Shown: positions 1 to 13,027 of the stretch, piece after piece
How positions within the stretch are numbered: the stretch's first letter is position 1
Layout of the letters: every line of letters starts with the position of its first letter
NCBI RefSeq assembly: GCF_039654945.1
Contig: NW_027361784.1
Coordinates: 44,516,001 to 44,580,000, forward strand
Direction of reading: 5' to 3'
Length of the DNA: 64,000 nt
Source: Dendrobates tinctorius
Lineage: Eukaryota
Position numbers and translations under genes: made by a program
The notes under the pieces: generated by a model
What the model saw: only the letters and a program-made list of their open reading frames with translations
The model's database searches: none
Told to the model about the DNA's origin: nothing

Positions 1-403
1 TGTACAGTATGTGTGTATCACCAACCAATCACGAAGCATCAGAGTGGGATGCAGATGGAGAGTGGGGTTGCGGACGGATACAGCAGGACGGTGCATGGAG
101 AGCGGGGCTGTGGAGGAAGAGAGCGGGAGAGCAGGGCTGTGGAAGAAGAGAGCGGGGATGTGGAGGGAGAGAGCGGGGCTGTGGAGGGACAGTGGGACAC
201 AGATGTAGTACGCGGCTGAGGAGGGATAGAACAGGATGGCGGGTGGAGAGCGGGGCTGTGGAAGGAGAGAGCGTGATGGCGGCTGGAGAACAGGGCTGCG
301 GAAGGAGAGAGCGTGATGGTGGGTGGAGTGCGGGGCTGTTAAGGAAGAGAGCGCTACCCACAGTTAGGTACTATGCCCGGGCAACGCCGGGCTCTTCTGC
401 TAG
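1..403 (+). mobile_element. 3' part of a non-autonomous Helitron
   Basis: GCCCGG-gcaacg-CCGGGC hairpin followed by CTAG (400-403) and T; internal GA-rich degenerate repeats. Confidence 0.7.
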
Positions 404-411
404 TATATAGT

Positions 412-566
412 NNNNNNNNNNNNNNNNNNNNNNNNNNNNNNNNNNNNNNNNNNNNNNNNNNNNNNNNNNNNNNNNNNNNNNNNNNNNNNNNNNNNNNNNN
501 NNNNNNNNNNNNNNNNNNNNNNNNNNNNNNNNNNNNNNNNNNNNNNNNNNNNNNNNNNNNNNNNNN
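412..566. other. Assembly gap (N run)
   Basis: N characters. Confidence 1.
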
Positions 567-619
567 TCATTAACCCTAAGTATATAATATATAAATATAT
601 ATGTAAAAATATATAAATA

Positions 620-2032
620 CTAGCTTAAGAGCCCGGCGCTGCCCGGGCATAGTAACTAATTGTGGTTAGTTATAACAAATTATAATTATCCTCCATCCCA
701 TAGTCCCGTGCCCATATACCCATCATACATATCCTCCATCCCATAGTCCAGTGCCCATATACCCATCATACATATCCTCCATCCCATAGTCCCATGCCCA
801 TATACCCATCATACATATCCTCCATCCCATAGTCCAGTGCCCATATACCCATCATACACATCCTCCATCCCATAGTCCAGTGCCCATATACCCATCACAC
901 ATCCTCCATCCCATAGTCCAGTGCCCATATACCCATCATACATATCCTCCATCCCATAGTCCCATGCCCATATACCCATCATACATATCCTCCATCCCAT
1001 AGTCCCATGCCCATATACCCATCATACATATCCTCCATCCCATAGTCCAGTGCCCATATACCCATCATACATATCCTCCATCCCATAGTCCAGTGCCCAT
1101 ATACCCATCATACATATCCTCCATCCCATAGTCCCATGCCCATATACCCATCATACATATCCTCCATCCCATAGTCCCGTGCCCATATACCCATCACACA
1201 TCCTCCATCCCATAGTCCAGTGCCCATATACCCATCACACATCCTCCATCCCATAGTCCAGTGCCCATATACCCATCATACATATCCTCCATCCCATAGT
1301 CCCATGCCCATATACCCATCATACATATCCTCCATCCCATAGTCCAGTGCCCATATACCCATCATACATATCCTCCATCCCATAGTCCCGTGCCCCTATA
1401 CCCATCATACATATCCTCCATCCCATAGTCCCATGCCCATATACCCGTCATACATATCCTCCATCCCATAGTCCAGTGCCCATATACCCGTCATACATAT
1501 CCTCCATCCCATAGTCCAGTGCCCATATACCCGTCATACATATCCTCCATCCCATAGTCCAGTGCCCATATACCCGTCATACATATCCTCCATCCCATAG
1601 TCCTGTGCCCATATACCCGTCATACATATCCTCATCCCATAGTCCGGTGCCCATATACCCATCACACATCCTCCATTCCATAGTCAACCATTATGACATC
1701 ATAATGAGGGGTAGGACTTGCAACCTATGATGACATCAGTGTCGCCATGGCAACCATTGTGACATCATAATGAGAGGCGGGGCTTGATAAACACACACTT
1801 TTTCCCCATTATGTAGATGGGGCAAAATTGTTTGGTGAATTAGAATGCGCGGGGTTAAAATTTCGCCTCACAACATAGCTTAGGACGCTCTCGGGGTCCA
1901 GACGTGTGACTGTGCCAAATTTTGTGGCTGTAGCTGCGACGGTGCGGATGCCTATCCCGGACATACACACACACACACACACGCATATATACACACATAC
2001 ATACATGCAAACTTTAAGCTTTATATATTAGA
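620..2032 (-). mobile_element. Non-autonomous Helitron carrying a minisatellite
   Basis: Minus strand begins A|TCTAATATATAAAGC and ends hairpin GCCCGGgcagcgCCGGGC...CTAG|T; no TSD; inserted between A and T. Confidence 0.85.
688..1684. repeat. 43-bp minisatellite (atcctccatcccatagtccagtgcccatatacccatcatacat), ~23 copies
   Basis: Visible periodicity (e.g. 731, 774). Confidence 0.95.
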
Positions 2033-2763
2033 TAAAATATTTATATAAAATATTAAAATATATAAGAACATATATACATTATCTATCTATCTATCCATCT
2101 ATCCATCTAGGCCACTTTGATCACAATAGGGGGGTCCAGTAGCGAAAACGCTGAAATAGTTGACTAGCTGTCTTTTTATTTTTAACAAAGTTCCACTGGT
2201 CAAAAAACGAAAGAAAGACAAACCACCATGTGAGTTAGATTTTAGAAATCTCATTTATTTTTCTGTTACTGTAAGACTTGTTTTTTCTGCATCAAAAAAA
2301 AAATCATCAAAAACCCTTTGAGCCCTGTTATTTACTGGGTTTTCCAGGATTAGAAAAATATGTCTGCTTCTGATTTGAAGCAGCGCCACCCCTGTCTGCT
2401 GTTGGGTCTGGTACTGCAGCTCAGGTTCATAAAAGTGAATAGAGCTAAGATGTAATACTGAGCACAAACTGTAGACAGGTGCGGGGCTGATTTGAGGGAA
2501 AAAAAAAATAATTATTTTTCCAGTCCTGCACAAACCATGATGGTGGTCCCATAGATAATGAATGGTGGTGTGGACTCGCTCGACCACTGCTCTATTCATA
2601 AAAGGCTTCGCGGAACCATTGTCTCAGGGTTGGTGGCGGGCCAAGCCAGACTCCATCAGTGATGAGCAAGTTATCACCTCTCCTTTCAAACTTGCCACAA
2701 ACCATTTTCAGACCAATGGCTTCCAGAATAAAGGACTTTTCCACATCTAACAGTGACACTCAC

Positions 2764-2808
2764 CTTGGGACCCATCGGACCTGTAGGTCCTGGAAGGCCG
2801 ATATCCCC
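2764..2808 (-). CDS. COL22A1: COL22A1 exon, 45 bp, first triple-helical exon (GDIGLPGPTGPMGPK)
   Basis: cttag acceptor, gtgagt donor; five Gly-X-Y triplets in phase 0. Confidence 0.92.
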
Positions 2809-3792
2809 CTAAGTACAAGAGCACGGTAATTAGTAGAGGTAATCAATGCTACGTATGAGATATTAATACCTGAGTTACTCATAACCCTAATAATCTCTTA
2901 GGGCAAACGTAAACATGGCTGAATAATATCTGTCCGTCACACACGTCCATGTGAGCTGAACATCAGCAGCTACTAGAGATAAGAGCATCGATTCAAGGCA
3001 AATTAATAAAAAAAACTGTATGAATCAGAATCCTTTTTTTAACAATTTGACTCAGACAAATGAGGCAAAGGAGCAACCGGACGCCATTTTGCTAAATTAT
3101 AGAAGACCGTGAAGGGGTTAAAAAAATTATCTCCTACTCACATTTTGTCTCTTCTTCCCACACCTGTCCCATCACCATCGGTATTTCTACCTTTTCTTCC
3201 TCCTGGCCAGTCTTCCATTCATTAGGTCCCTGCCATCACGAGGGGCGGAGTGAATATCGATGGCGCTCATCGCACCCCCTCGTCGTGACCGCGTGTGGTG
3301 CAATGAATGTCAATGATATTCATTGCCCCCATCAAGTAATTGCGCGAGGCACAGTGAATGGGAGACTCAACTGGGCGGCAGATGGAGGAAAGAAGATGCA
3401 TGATGGAGGACAGAAGATGGAAGAGACGCTGGGAGGATCGGAGATGGCGGGACAGCTGTAGAGAAGGCTGTGGATAGGAGGAATGAGATTTTTTCTGGCC
3501 GGTACAATTGACATCGGATTTAGCAGATACCAATCAAATTTGAATATCCGACTCCAGTAGGCATATACTCCCGAAAATTATGCACATCAGAGCCCACGTG
3601 CGCTCTACCGGCACCATTACAGTCTATGGCACATACATCCGGAACCCATTTTGCGTGAGGTTTGGATGCATAAACCCAGATGGGGGTCACTGAACTGGTG
3701 CCTAGACGCAATGTCTCTACTACATGTGCTACAATGTATCAGTCGGGATTCTGCAGAACACGGTACACGCCAGATATACTTCTTGTACTTAC

Positions 3793-3906
3793 CTTCTCTC
3801 CAAATGGACAGTGAGAGCAGTTGACGGTTTTTTCAGTGCCCCACCCCTCCGCCAGAGTGGAGGTCGTTATTATAGGTGGAGGCTCAGTGACTACAGTGAC
3901 CACACA
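3793..3906 (-). CDS. COL22A1: COL22A1 exon, 114 bp (CVVTVVTEPPPIITTSTLAEGWGTEKTVNCSHCPFGEK)
   Basis: ttttcag acceptor, gtaagt donor; Pro-rich linker ending in Cys pair plus GEK. Confidence 0.9.
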
Positions 3907-4023
3907 CTGAAAAGAACGCAAATGGAGAATGAGAAAGTTTTGGCATTCAACAACAACAGCCATTTATGTTAACAGGAAATGTAACCCCCTCACTCTCCAA
4001 GTGAGACCCCAATGGATGTTAAC

Positions 4024-7000
4024 TAGTGTTGAGCATTCCGATACCGCAAGTATCGGGTATCGGCCGATACTTGCTGTATCGGAATTCCGATACCGACTTC
4101 CGATATTTTTTCAATATCGGAATTCGGCATCGGAATCGGAAGTTCAAAGTTGATTGACAGCCTGACGTCATCATGATGCGCGGGGTGTGCGCATCATGAT
4201 GCGCCGTCATTTCGGGCCTTCCGGGGGTCTCTGCCGGCCTGCCGGGGGGCTGTGTGGACTGCCCGGGGTCTGTACCGGCCTGCCGGGGGGCTGTGCCGGC
4301 CTGCCGGTGGTCTGTGCACCCTGTGGGGGTCTGTACCGGCCTGCCGGGGGGCTGTGCCGGCCTGCCGGTGGTCTGTGCACCCTGTGGGGGTCTGTACCGG
4401 CCTGCCGGGGGGCTGTGCCGGCCTGCCGGTGGTCTGTGCACCCTGTGGGGGTCTGTACCGGCCTGCCAGGGGGCTGTGCCGGCCTGCCGGGGGGCTGTGC
4501 TGATGTCCGGGGGTCTGTGCAAGCATCGTCCGATGGGACTACAAGTCCCATCTGGCGATGCCTGCTACCATGACAGTGATTGACACATTAGCCAATGATG
4601 GGACAGTAGTAGTCCCATCATCCGGCTAATGTGTTAAATGTTAAAAAAAAAAAAAAATACTACATACATACTACATACATACTACATGCATGCTACATAC
4701 ATACTACATGCATGCTACATACATACTACATGCTACATACATACCACATACATACTACATACATACTACATACATACTACATGCTACATACATACTACAT
4801 ATATACTACATGCATGCTACATACATACTACATGCTACATACATACTACATGCTACATACATACTACATATATACTACATACATGCTACATACATGCTAC
4901 ATACATGCTACATACATACTGCATGCTACATACATACTACATACATACTACATACATACTACATGCATGCTACATACATACTACATGCTACATACATACT
5001 ACATGCTACATACATACTACATATATACTACATACATACATACTGCATGCTACATACATACTACATACATACTACATACATACTACATACATACTACATG
5101 CATGCTACATGCATGCTACATACATACATACTACATGCATGCTACATGCATGCTACATACATACTACATGCTACATACATACCACATACATACTACATAC
5201 ATACTACATACATACTACATGCTACATACATACTACATATATACTACATGCATGCTACATACATACTACATGCTACATACATACCACATACATACTACAT
5301 ACATGCTACATGCTACATACATACTACATATATACTACATGCATGCTACATACATACTACATATATACTACATGCATGCTACATACATACTGCATGCTAC
5401 ATGCATGCTACATACATACTACATACATACTACATGCTACATACATACCACATATATACTACATACATACAATACATTCATACAATACATACATAGACAT
5501 ACAGTACATATAACATAGAGTAACATACTTACCAATACTTGTCACATTGTTCCCCGAAGCCATTGTCTTTTCCGGAATAAATATTAACATAACAAACCAC
5601 AAAAATACTCACCCACGATCCGAAGCAGTCCACGAGTGTGTCCCACGACGATCTTGGGTAGAGAACGGCAGCATCAGATGATGCTGCCGTTCTCTACGGG
5701 CTGCAGGAATCCAATGACGGAAGGTAGGTATCCTTCCGCACTGTATTCCTCCGCCACTTAAAAAAAAAAAAAGTCCCTAGTCTCACTTTATGCCATTGCT
5801 GCGTGGGAAATTCCCACACAGCAATGGCATAAAGTGAGACTAGGGACTTTTTTTTTTTTTAAGTGGCGGAGGAATACAGTGCGGAAGGATACCTACCTTC
5901 CGTCATTGGATTCCTGCAGCCCGTAGAGAACGGGAGCATCATCTGATGCTGCAGTTCTCTACCCAAGATCGTCGTGGGACACACTCGTGGACTGCTTCGG
6001 ATCGTGGGTGAGTATTTTTGTGGTTTGTTATGTTAATATTTATTCCGGAAAAGACAATGGCTTCGGGGAACAATGTGACAAGTATTGGTAAGTATGTTAC
6101 TCTATGTTATATGTACTGTATGTCTATGTATGTATTGTATGAATGTATTGTATGTATGTAGTATATATGTGGTATGTATGTAGCATGTAGTATGTATGTA
6201 GTATGTATGTAGCATGCATGTAGCATGCAGTATGTATGTAGCATGCATGTAGTATATATGTAGTATGTATGTAGCATGCATGTAGTATATATGTAGTATG
6301 TATGTAGCATGCATGTAGTATATATGTAGTATGTATGTAGCATGTAGCATGTATGTAGTATGTATGTAGTATATATGTAGTATGTATGTAGCATGTAGCA
6401 TGTATGTAGCATGCATGTAGTATATATGTAGCATGTATGTAGCATGCATGTAGTATATATGTAGTATGTATGTAGCATGCATGTAGTATATATGTAGTAT
6501 GTATGTAGCATGTAGCATGCATGTAGTATGTATGTAGCATGTAGTATGTATGTAGCATGTAGTATGTATGTAGCATGCATGTAGTATGTATGTAGTATGT
6601 ATGTAGTATATATGTAGTATGTATGTAGCATGTAGTATGTATGTAGCATGTAGTATGTATGTAGCATGTAGTATGTATGTAGCATGCATGTAGTATATAT
6701 GTAGTATGTATGTAGCATGTAGCATGCATGTAGTATGTATGTAGCATGTAGTATGTATGTAGCATGTAGTATGTATGTAGCATGCATGTAGTATGTATGT
6801 AGTATGTATGTAGTATTTTTTTTTTTTTTTTTAACATTTAACACATTAGCCGGATGATGGGACTACTACTGTCCCATCATTGGCTAATGTGTCAATCACT
6901 GTCATTGTAGCAGGCATCGCCCGATGGGACTTGTAGTCCCATCGGACGATGCCTGCACAGACCCCCGAAGCCTGCACAGCCCCCCGGCAGGCCGGCACAG

Positions 7001-7362
7001 CCCCCCGGAGCCTGCACAGACCACCGGCAGGCCGGCACAGCCCCCCGGCAGGCCGGCACAGCCCACCGGAGCCTGCACAGACCACCGGCAGGCCGGCACA
7101 GCCCCCCGGCAGGCCGGCACAGACCACCGGAGCCTGCACAGACCCCCTGGCAGGCCGGCACAGCCCCCCGAAAGGCCCGTACAGACCCCAGAGAGGCTGT
7201 ACAAGGCAAAAACAGGGTTTTTCTTATTCCGATACCGGAAGTCCCATAGACTTGAATGGGACTTCCGGTATCGGAATCGGCGATACCGATACTTTTTTTA
7301 AAGATCGGCCGATCCATTCCGATCCGATACTTTGAAGTATCGGACGGTATCGCTCAACTCTA
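4024..7362. mobile_element. Non-autonomous hAT element with giant internal foldback
   Basis: TIRs TAGTGTTGAGC / GCTCAACTCTA; exact 8-bp TSD ATGTTAAC (4016-4023, 7363-7370); internal inverted repeat centred on 5810. Confidence 0.9.
4658..5520. repeat. TACA/TGC compound microsatellite; inverted copy at 6100-6815
   Basis: Low-complexity repeat within both arms of the foldback. Confidence 0.95.
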
Positions 7363-8422
7363 ATGTTAACCCATCCAATTGTATTTCAGCTGAAATAAGT
7401 GGCTTAGAGACGGCTGCTTATTCTGTTCTCCTCATGGGAAAGATAATCTTTTTTGGCTTATTGATGTTCTAGTAGTCCACTGCCAGTGTCAGTGCCCCCT
7501 AAAACTCACATTAAAACTCCACTATCAGTTTTGGCTTTACTTTCTTATTACATGTCTGCTTTCTGATTGTATATGTGTATATTGGGTACAGGCTCAGGAA
7601 CAGCAGAGACCAGAGCTGGCTCTGATCTCTGCTGTTTAAACATGTAAATGCCGTTGCCAACCACTGAGGATGCAATTTAAATAGCCTGGTTGCTGGTGCT
7701 TGCCTGAACGAGCTTCCTTTGCACTTCTCCCCAAACTGTCTGACGTGATTGCTTGGGGCCAACAAGGTGCCCATGGCGGGACCTCATAAAAAAAATTCTC
7801 AATTTCATCATATACTGCAATAATGTGGCATTGAAATCTATAGAACAATTAATCATACAACTAAAATAAAGAGAAAAAAATTAAATAATATCAAAGTTTA
7901 AATCACTGACTTTTCAAAATTCAAAAATAAAGAAATAGAAAAAATAAAGACGCATCATTGAGATGAGATCACTATGTACAAAAAAGTCCAATCTAACGAA
8001 ATATATAAGCTAATGTACCCATATAGTAACTGCCCGAAAAGAAAAAAATCAAAGCGAAAAAATGGCAGTTTTTATGCTGCCAAAAATAAAAAAAATCTAA
8101 AAAAAAAGTGGATCTCAGAAAATAGGACACGACCCAGATATCTTTTATGCAAAGTTTTCATTTTTTTTCCCACTACTTTAATAAAAAAGAAATAGAAATG
8201 TTTTGCTGTAATCACCCTGACCGGGAAAATGATGTTATGTCCTACCAGAAGGAAATGTAAAAAAAGGACACAACGGACTGACTGCCAAATCATCTCTACA
8301 GTTTAAATGAGTGTCACATTAAGGGCCACCATAGAGTTCGTGATTAGTGGCAGCGTTTTGTGCTGTCGCTGTTATATTCTTGGAGTATCAATATCTGAGG
8401 ATGCAAAAGTAAAATGTCTCAC

Positions 8423-8503
8423 AGGGCCGCCGGGAATATCACAACAGGTCTCGAGTTCAGCGTGCCGCGAGTCGCAGTATATAACGATGCGCTGAAGATC
8501 AAA
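8423..8503 (-). CDS. COL22A1: COL22A1 exon, 81 bp (FDLQRIVIYCDSRHAELETCCDIPGGP)
   Basis: ttttcag acceptor, gtgaga donor; end of TSPN domain with the CC motif. Confidence 0.95.
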
Positions 8504-8732
8504 CTGAAAAACAAGCAGAATAAAGTCACGTCATACGGCGGAAGATACAAACTGGAGGAAAAGGAGGCAGCAGAGCCGAGCTTGTCATTACATGTCACAT
8601 GCTATCTGTAATGTAATAAATGGCCAATACTGCGCCCGCTGTGCACAGAAGAAAACGGAGCGCAGCAGCAAATTCAGCTCTGCTACATCCCTGTATAAAA
8701 CATACAATGCAGCATGTGTATGTGACAACAAT

Positions 8733-8892
8733 NNNNNNNNNNNNNNNNNNNNNNNNNNNNNNNNNNNNNNNNNNNNNNNNNNNNNNNNNNNNNNNNNNNN
8801 NNNNNNNNNNNNNNNNNNNNNNNNNNNNNNNNNNNNNNNNNNNNNNNNNNNNNNNNNNNNNNNNNNNNNNNNNNNNNNNNNNNNNNNNNNNN
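8733..8892. other. Assembly gap (N run)
   Basis: N characters. Confidence 1.
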
Positions 8893-8961
8893 TTCCCTCC
8901 CACATGACTACTATGAGTAAATGAATGTGTTGTGATATTTTTGCGTTTCCTTCTCACTCAC

Positions 8962-9237
8962 ATCTACGGGGACGCTGTCGTACAGACGTTTGCCAATCAC
9001 GGTCTTTCCCTGGATGTCGATGTTCTCTCGCTCCTCGATGGGTACGGTCATGACCAGCTTGCAGTCGATGTACAAGGTCACGGTCTTCGCCTGCACGCTC
9101 AGTGCAATCTTGTGCCAGTTCCGATCAAACAGATCAATGACTTTACCGCTCCGGAAGCTCGCCCTGACGGCGTCCTTAGTGACTCCCACCGAGCTGTACT
9201 CCAAAGCCTTGTTCTCTCCGTCTAACCTCAGCGACAC
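8962..9237 (-). CDS. COL22A1: COL22A1 exon, 276 bp (VSLRLDGENKALEY...WHKIALSV...IGKRLYDSVPVD)
   Basis: cag acceptor, gtgagt donor; LamG/TSPN WHK motif; inside ORF 8911..9276. Confidence 0.96.
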
Positions 9238-9759
9238 CTGTGAGTGGGAGACAGGAGGGTGAGGACCGCGGGGCACCGACCACTGCTGCTCATCACTGGT
9301 CCAATAGGAGAATGTTCCTGGAAACTTCAGCGCCGGATTAGATCACTACCCAACTGGTATCTGCTGCATCGGTATCAGAAACCTGGAAAACCCTTTAATT
9401 TTTGCACCTTTATCAAAGCTCTGTTGACTTGACCACATGGTTAAACTTGGGGGTTTCCTTGTCCCCGAGCCTTCCTCCTGTGAGGTCAGGATAATTTTGT
9501 CTCCACTAGAGGGAGCTCAGTACTTACTAATTTATTATTGAGACCAATGGGACCTCCCTATGCTAAGAGCTCCCTCTAGTGGCAGCTGTATGCAGGCACA
9601 ATTTTTATCATTTTCATGTTTTTTTCCAAGTTTTTAATCGATGGCTTATTGATATTGTTTCACACTTAGGAAACAATTTTCATTTCTTCCTATAGTATTT
9701 AGGGCTTCAGAGGTAAAGAAAATGATTGTTTTAGTTAGTAACAATATTTTATGAAATAC

Positions 9760-9883
9760 CTGTGGAATGCCATACTTGTCAATAATTTGCCAAATATACC
9801 AATCTTCCCTCCTAGAGGCTTTTCTGAATCTGAATGTGGTAACAAAAGCATATTCATCTGGCAAGCCTTGTGGAAATATATCC
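9760..9883 (-). CDS. COL22A1: COL22A1 exon, 124 bp (DIFPQGLPDEYAFVTTFRFRKASRREDWYIWQIIDKYGIPQ)
   Basis: cag acceptor, gtattt donor; FACIT collagen TSPN motif; inside ORF 9646..9933. Confidence 0.95.
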
Positions 9884-11952
9884 CTGGGGAGAAGAGGGAG
9901 AATAAAAAAAAATATATATTTCTTATGATACACATTTGATACATTCGCTTAGAAACATATAGCAAAAAGGGAGAAGGAACTCCAGATGAAGCAGAGTCAG
10001 AACGCGCGTCGGGGTCTGAGGTAGAGGGCAATGTGATGACACATTCTCTTTTAATTTTTTGGGTATATGTCTCACTGTAATGCATCTTTATCTCTTTACT
10101 ACTAATTTAATTTTGTGTATTACATTGCACCAAATTCCTATAGATCTAACGTTAGAATTGCATTTTAATTAACCTGACATATGTGCATATACATACATGA
10201 GATCATCATTCCTTTTAGCATTCCGACATCTAGTGGTTGCCCTTTATACTGTCTTCCCTTCATTATTTTGTGTCTCTCATCAGCCTCCCCTTGATGTCAT
10301 TGCTTTTTAATTTTAATTATTCACTTTGATTTTGATTTTTATTGCATTGGTATGTAGCTCAATAATATATTTGCTTATATAAAGTGTTTGACGTCGGATT
10401 ATTATGGTGTAACACGTATATTAGAACGTATAGCATAAATAATGCCCGGTATAGTAACTCAATATCTTTTTTTATTTCGATGCTGCGACAGGAAAGCAAC
10501 AGGAAATAAGCAAATAGGAGAAGAAAAGAAAAACTGAGGCCAGATCCAGGAGAACAACGGCATTTACCCCTGTAATAAATGATATATTTATGGCCTATGC
10601 AATATCATAAATTAAAGGGAAACTGACAGTAGGAAATGAGCACATATCCTTGTAGGGAATATAGACCCTAAAAGAATAAATAAATCACCTTTAGTGATCT
10701 AATCGCTTCCTCCGTTCTGCAGTTTAATCACAAATGCTCGGCGCACCCTGGGTGTGGCTAAACGGCTCAGCGCACCGCTTCATCCGCTGGTTTTACCTGT
10801 CTCCGCCTTCCACACTGGTGATTGACAGCTCTGTCTAACGAGGGAGCACTAACTGCAGAGAGAGCTCAAGCAAGTCAGTGCTGTCAATCAACACCGCGGG
10901 AGCCTCTAGACCATGCCAAAGGTGTGGATCACCCTGATTAGCATTGGTGTAAAAAAAACAAAAAAACAAGCATAATAAATTGTAACACAAATTAAAAATA
11001 AAATAACTAATCAACAAGAATGGACAAAAAAAAGAGAAAAAAAAATGCAATAAGAATCATAATTTTGAATGAATAACTTTTTAAATAATAATATAAATAA
11101 TTTATATAAAATTTCATATTAAACTCTATATATACATCAATATATGTATCTATATGGTGTGTAATATATATATGTACATATAATTAATGTTTACTTTATT
11201 ATTATCTATGTATTTATTTTAGATTGTTTTATTCTTCATTCATAATTATTTATTTTATTTAATTGTTTATTTTTGTTTCCTTCGTGTTTAATTTTACTTA
11301 TTCATTTTTTACATTCGCATTACAGTTCCAACACGTGTATACTTTATCTATTTATTTTCTTTTAATATTTTTATCACTATGTTGTTCCTTCACATTTAGA
11401 TTTTTTTTTTTTTTTTTTGCTGTCTTTTTTGCTTTATTTTATTTTTTTTTTACTTTGCTTTTTTATTTCCCATACATTTTCATTGAATGCATCCTACAAA
11501 ACAAGAAAGGTCAAGGTAAAAAAAAAAATACAAGACTTTTTTTTTTTTTCCGGAAAACAAAACTCTTGAGAATTATGGTCTCCTATAGAATTTTTTGTTG
11601 TTTGCTGGTGACTTTTATTCTCCTCTCAGTCTATGAATATATTAACATTTGACTCTCTTCTTCTGAGTTCCTTCCTTCCGTCTGGGACACAATAAATGAA
11701 GCGCGATCAGTATTTGGTGAAGAGGAATTAGGTGGGCGTGAAGGAATCTCACTTTGGCTTCTCTATTGGGGATCGTCGTCGCTCCGGGATCTAAAAGTCA
11801 AAAAAGTAGAAAACTTTCCGAATAACTCTGTTGGGAATTTTTCTAAATGGAGATATTGTGTTAGTGAGGGGGGAAGGAAAGCATGGTGGGACACCTAGTC
11901 AAGGTCAAGTTTAACCCCTTCACTCCTGGGCATTCTTTTTTTTGCGCTTTTA

Positions 11953-12237
11953 GGCTGTATGCACACGTTGCGGATTCTGCTGCGGATCTGCAGCGGATTT
12001 GGCCCTGCGGGTCCGCAGCAGATTCTGCTGAGTTGTACAGTACCATTAAAGTCTATGAGAAGTGAAAAAACGCTGGGCACATGCTGCGGATTTTCTGCGG
12101 ATTTGAATCCGCAGGTGTCAAAACACAGGGGAAATCCGCACTAAATCCGCAGGTAAAACGCAGGTCATTTGACCGGCGGATTTAGCCAAATCCGCGCGGA
12201 AAAATCTGCAGGGTAATTCGCAACATGTGCACACACC
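11953..12237. mobile_element. PIF/Harbinger-type MITE
   Basis: Imperfect TIRs GGCTGTATGCACACGTTGCG / CGCAACATGTGCACACACC; TTA on the left; internal GCGGAT/ATCCGC repeats. Confidence 0.65.
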
Positions 12238-12709
12238 TTCATTTTTCTTTTCTCCCCTTCTTCCAAAAGTCATTACTCTTTTTTTTTCCCCATCACCGTA
12301 CCTGTTTGAGGATTTTTTTTTTCTGTTTTTTTTTTTTGTTTTTTTAGCGACATTTTGAATGACGCTGTTCGTTTTATCACATTACATATTGAAAAAATCT
12401 AATTATCCAGGTTATTACCATTACAGGGATCCCAGACTTCCATGTTTATTTTTACATTAATAGTTAAAAAAAATTGGAAGATTGTTAAAAAAAAAATATA
12501 TATATATATATATATACTCGTATATATATGGATTTGCTTCGCTATTTTTTTCCGAGATCCATAATGATTTTATTTTTCCTTCAAGGAACGACGTTCTGTT
12601 TGATATCATTTTGATTGTTTGTAATGTAATTCCACATTGTAGATTTTCGGTCATTACAAGACTTATCAATCCTATAAAGAGTATCTGGGGTTTTATACCA
12701 ACATGCCGT

Positions 12710-13027
12710 GGGCGGCACGGTGGCTCAGTGGTCAGCCTTGCAGCGCTGGGTTCCTGGGTTCGAATCCCACCAAGGACAACATCTGCAAGGAGTTTGTATG
12801 TTCTCCCCGTGTTTGTGTGGGCTTCCTCCAGGTACTCCGGTTTCCTCCCACACGAGTTTGTATGTTCTCCCCGTGTTTGCGTGGGCTTCCTCCTGGTACT
12901 CCGGTTTCCTCCCACACTCTAATAGGGATTTTAGATTGTGAGCCCCATCGGGGACGATGATGATAATGTGCGCAAACTGTAAAGCGCTGCGGAATATGTT
13001 AGCGCTATATAAAGATTATTATTATTA
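12710..13027 (+). mobile_element. tRNA-derived V-SINE with L2-like tail
   Basis: A box (GGTGGCTCAGTGG), B box (GGTTCGAATCC), V-domain-type core (TTCTCCCCGTG...GGTACTCCGGTTTCCTCCCAC) duplicated, tail TGTAAAGCGCTGCGGAATATGTTAGCGCTATATAA and (ATT)n. Confidence 0.85.

Noticed and set aside
4631-6844. Long His/Tyr/Thr-rich ORFs (207-295 aa) on both strands
   Set aside because: Translations of the TACA/TGC microsatellite, open in all three frames
4019-7335. Pro/Gly/Ala-rich ORFs at 4019-4583 and 6846-7335 that look collagen-like
   Set aside because: GC-rich internal repeats of the hAT element; no Gly-X-Y register and no splice support
12710-12775. tRNA gene
   Set aside because: A and B boxes belong to a SINE head; no complete cloverleaf; followed by SINE body and tail
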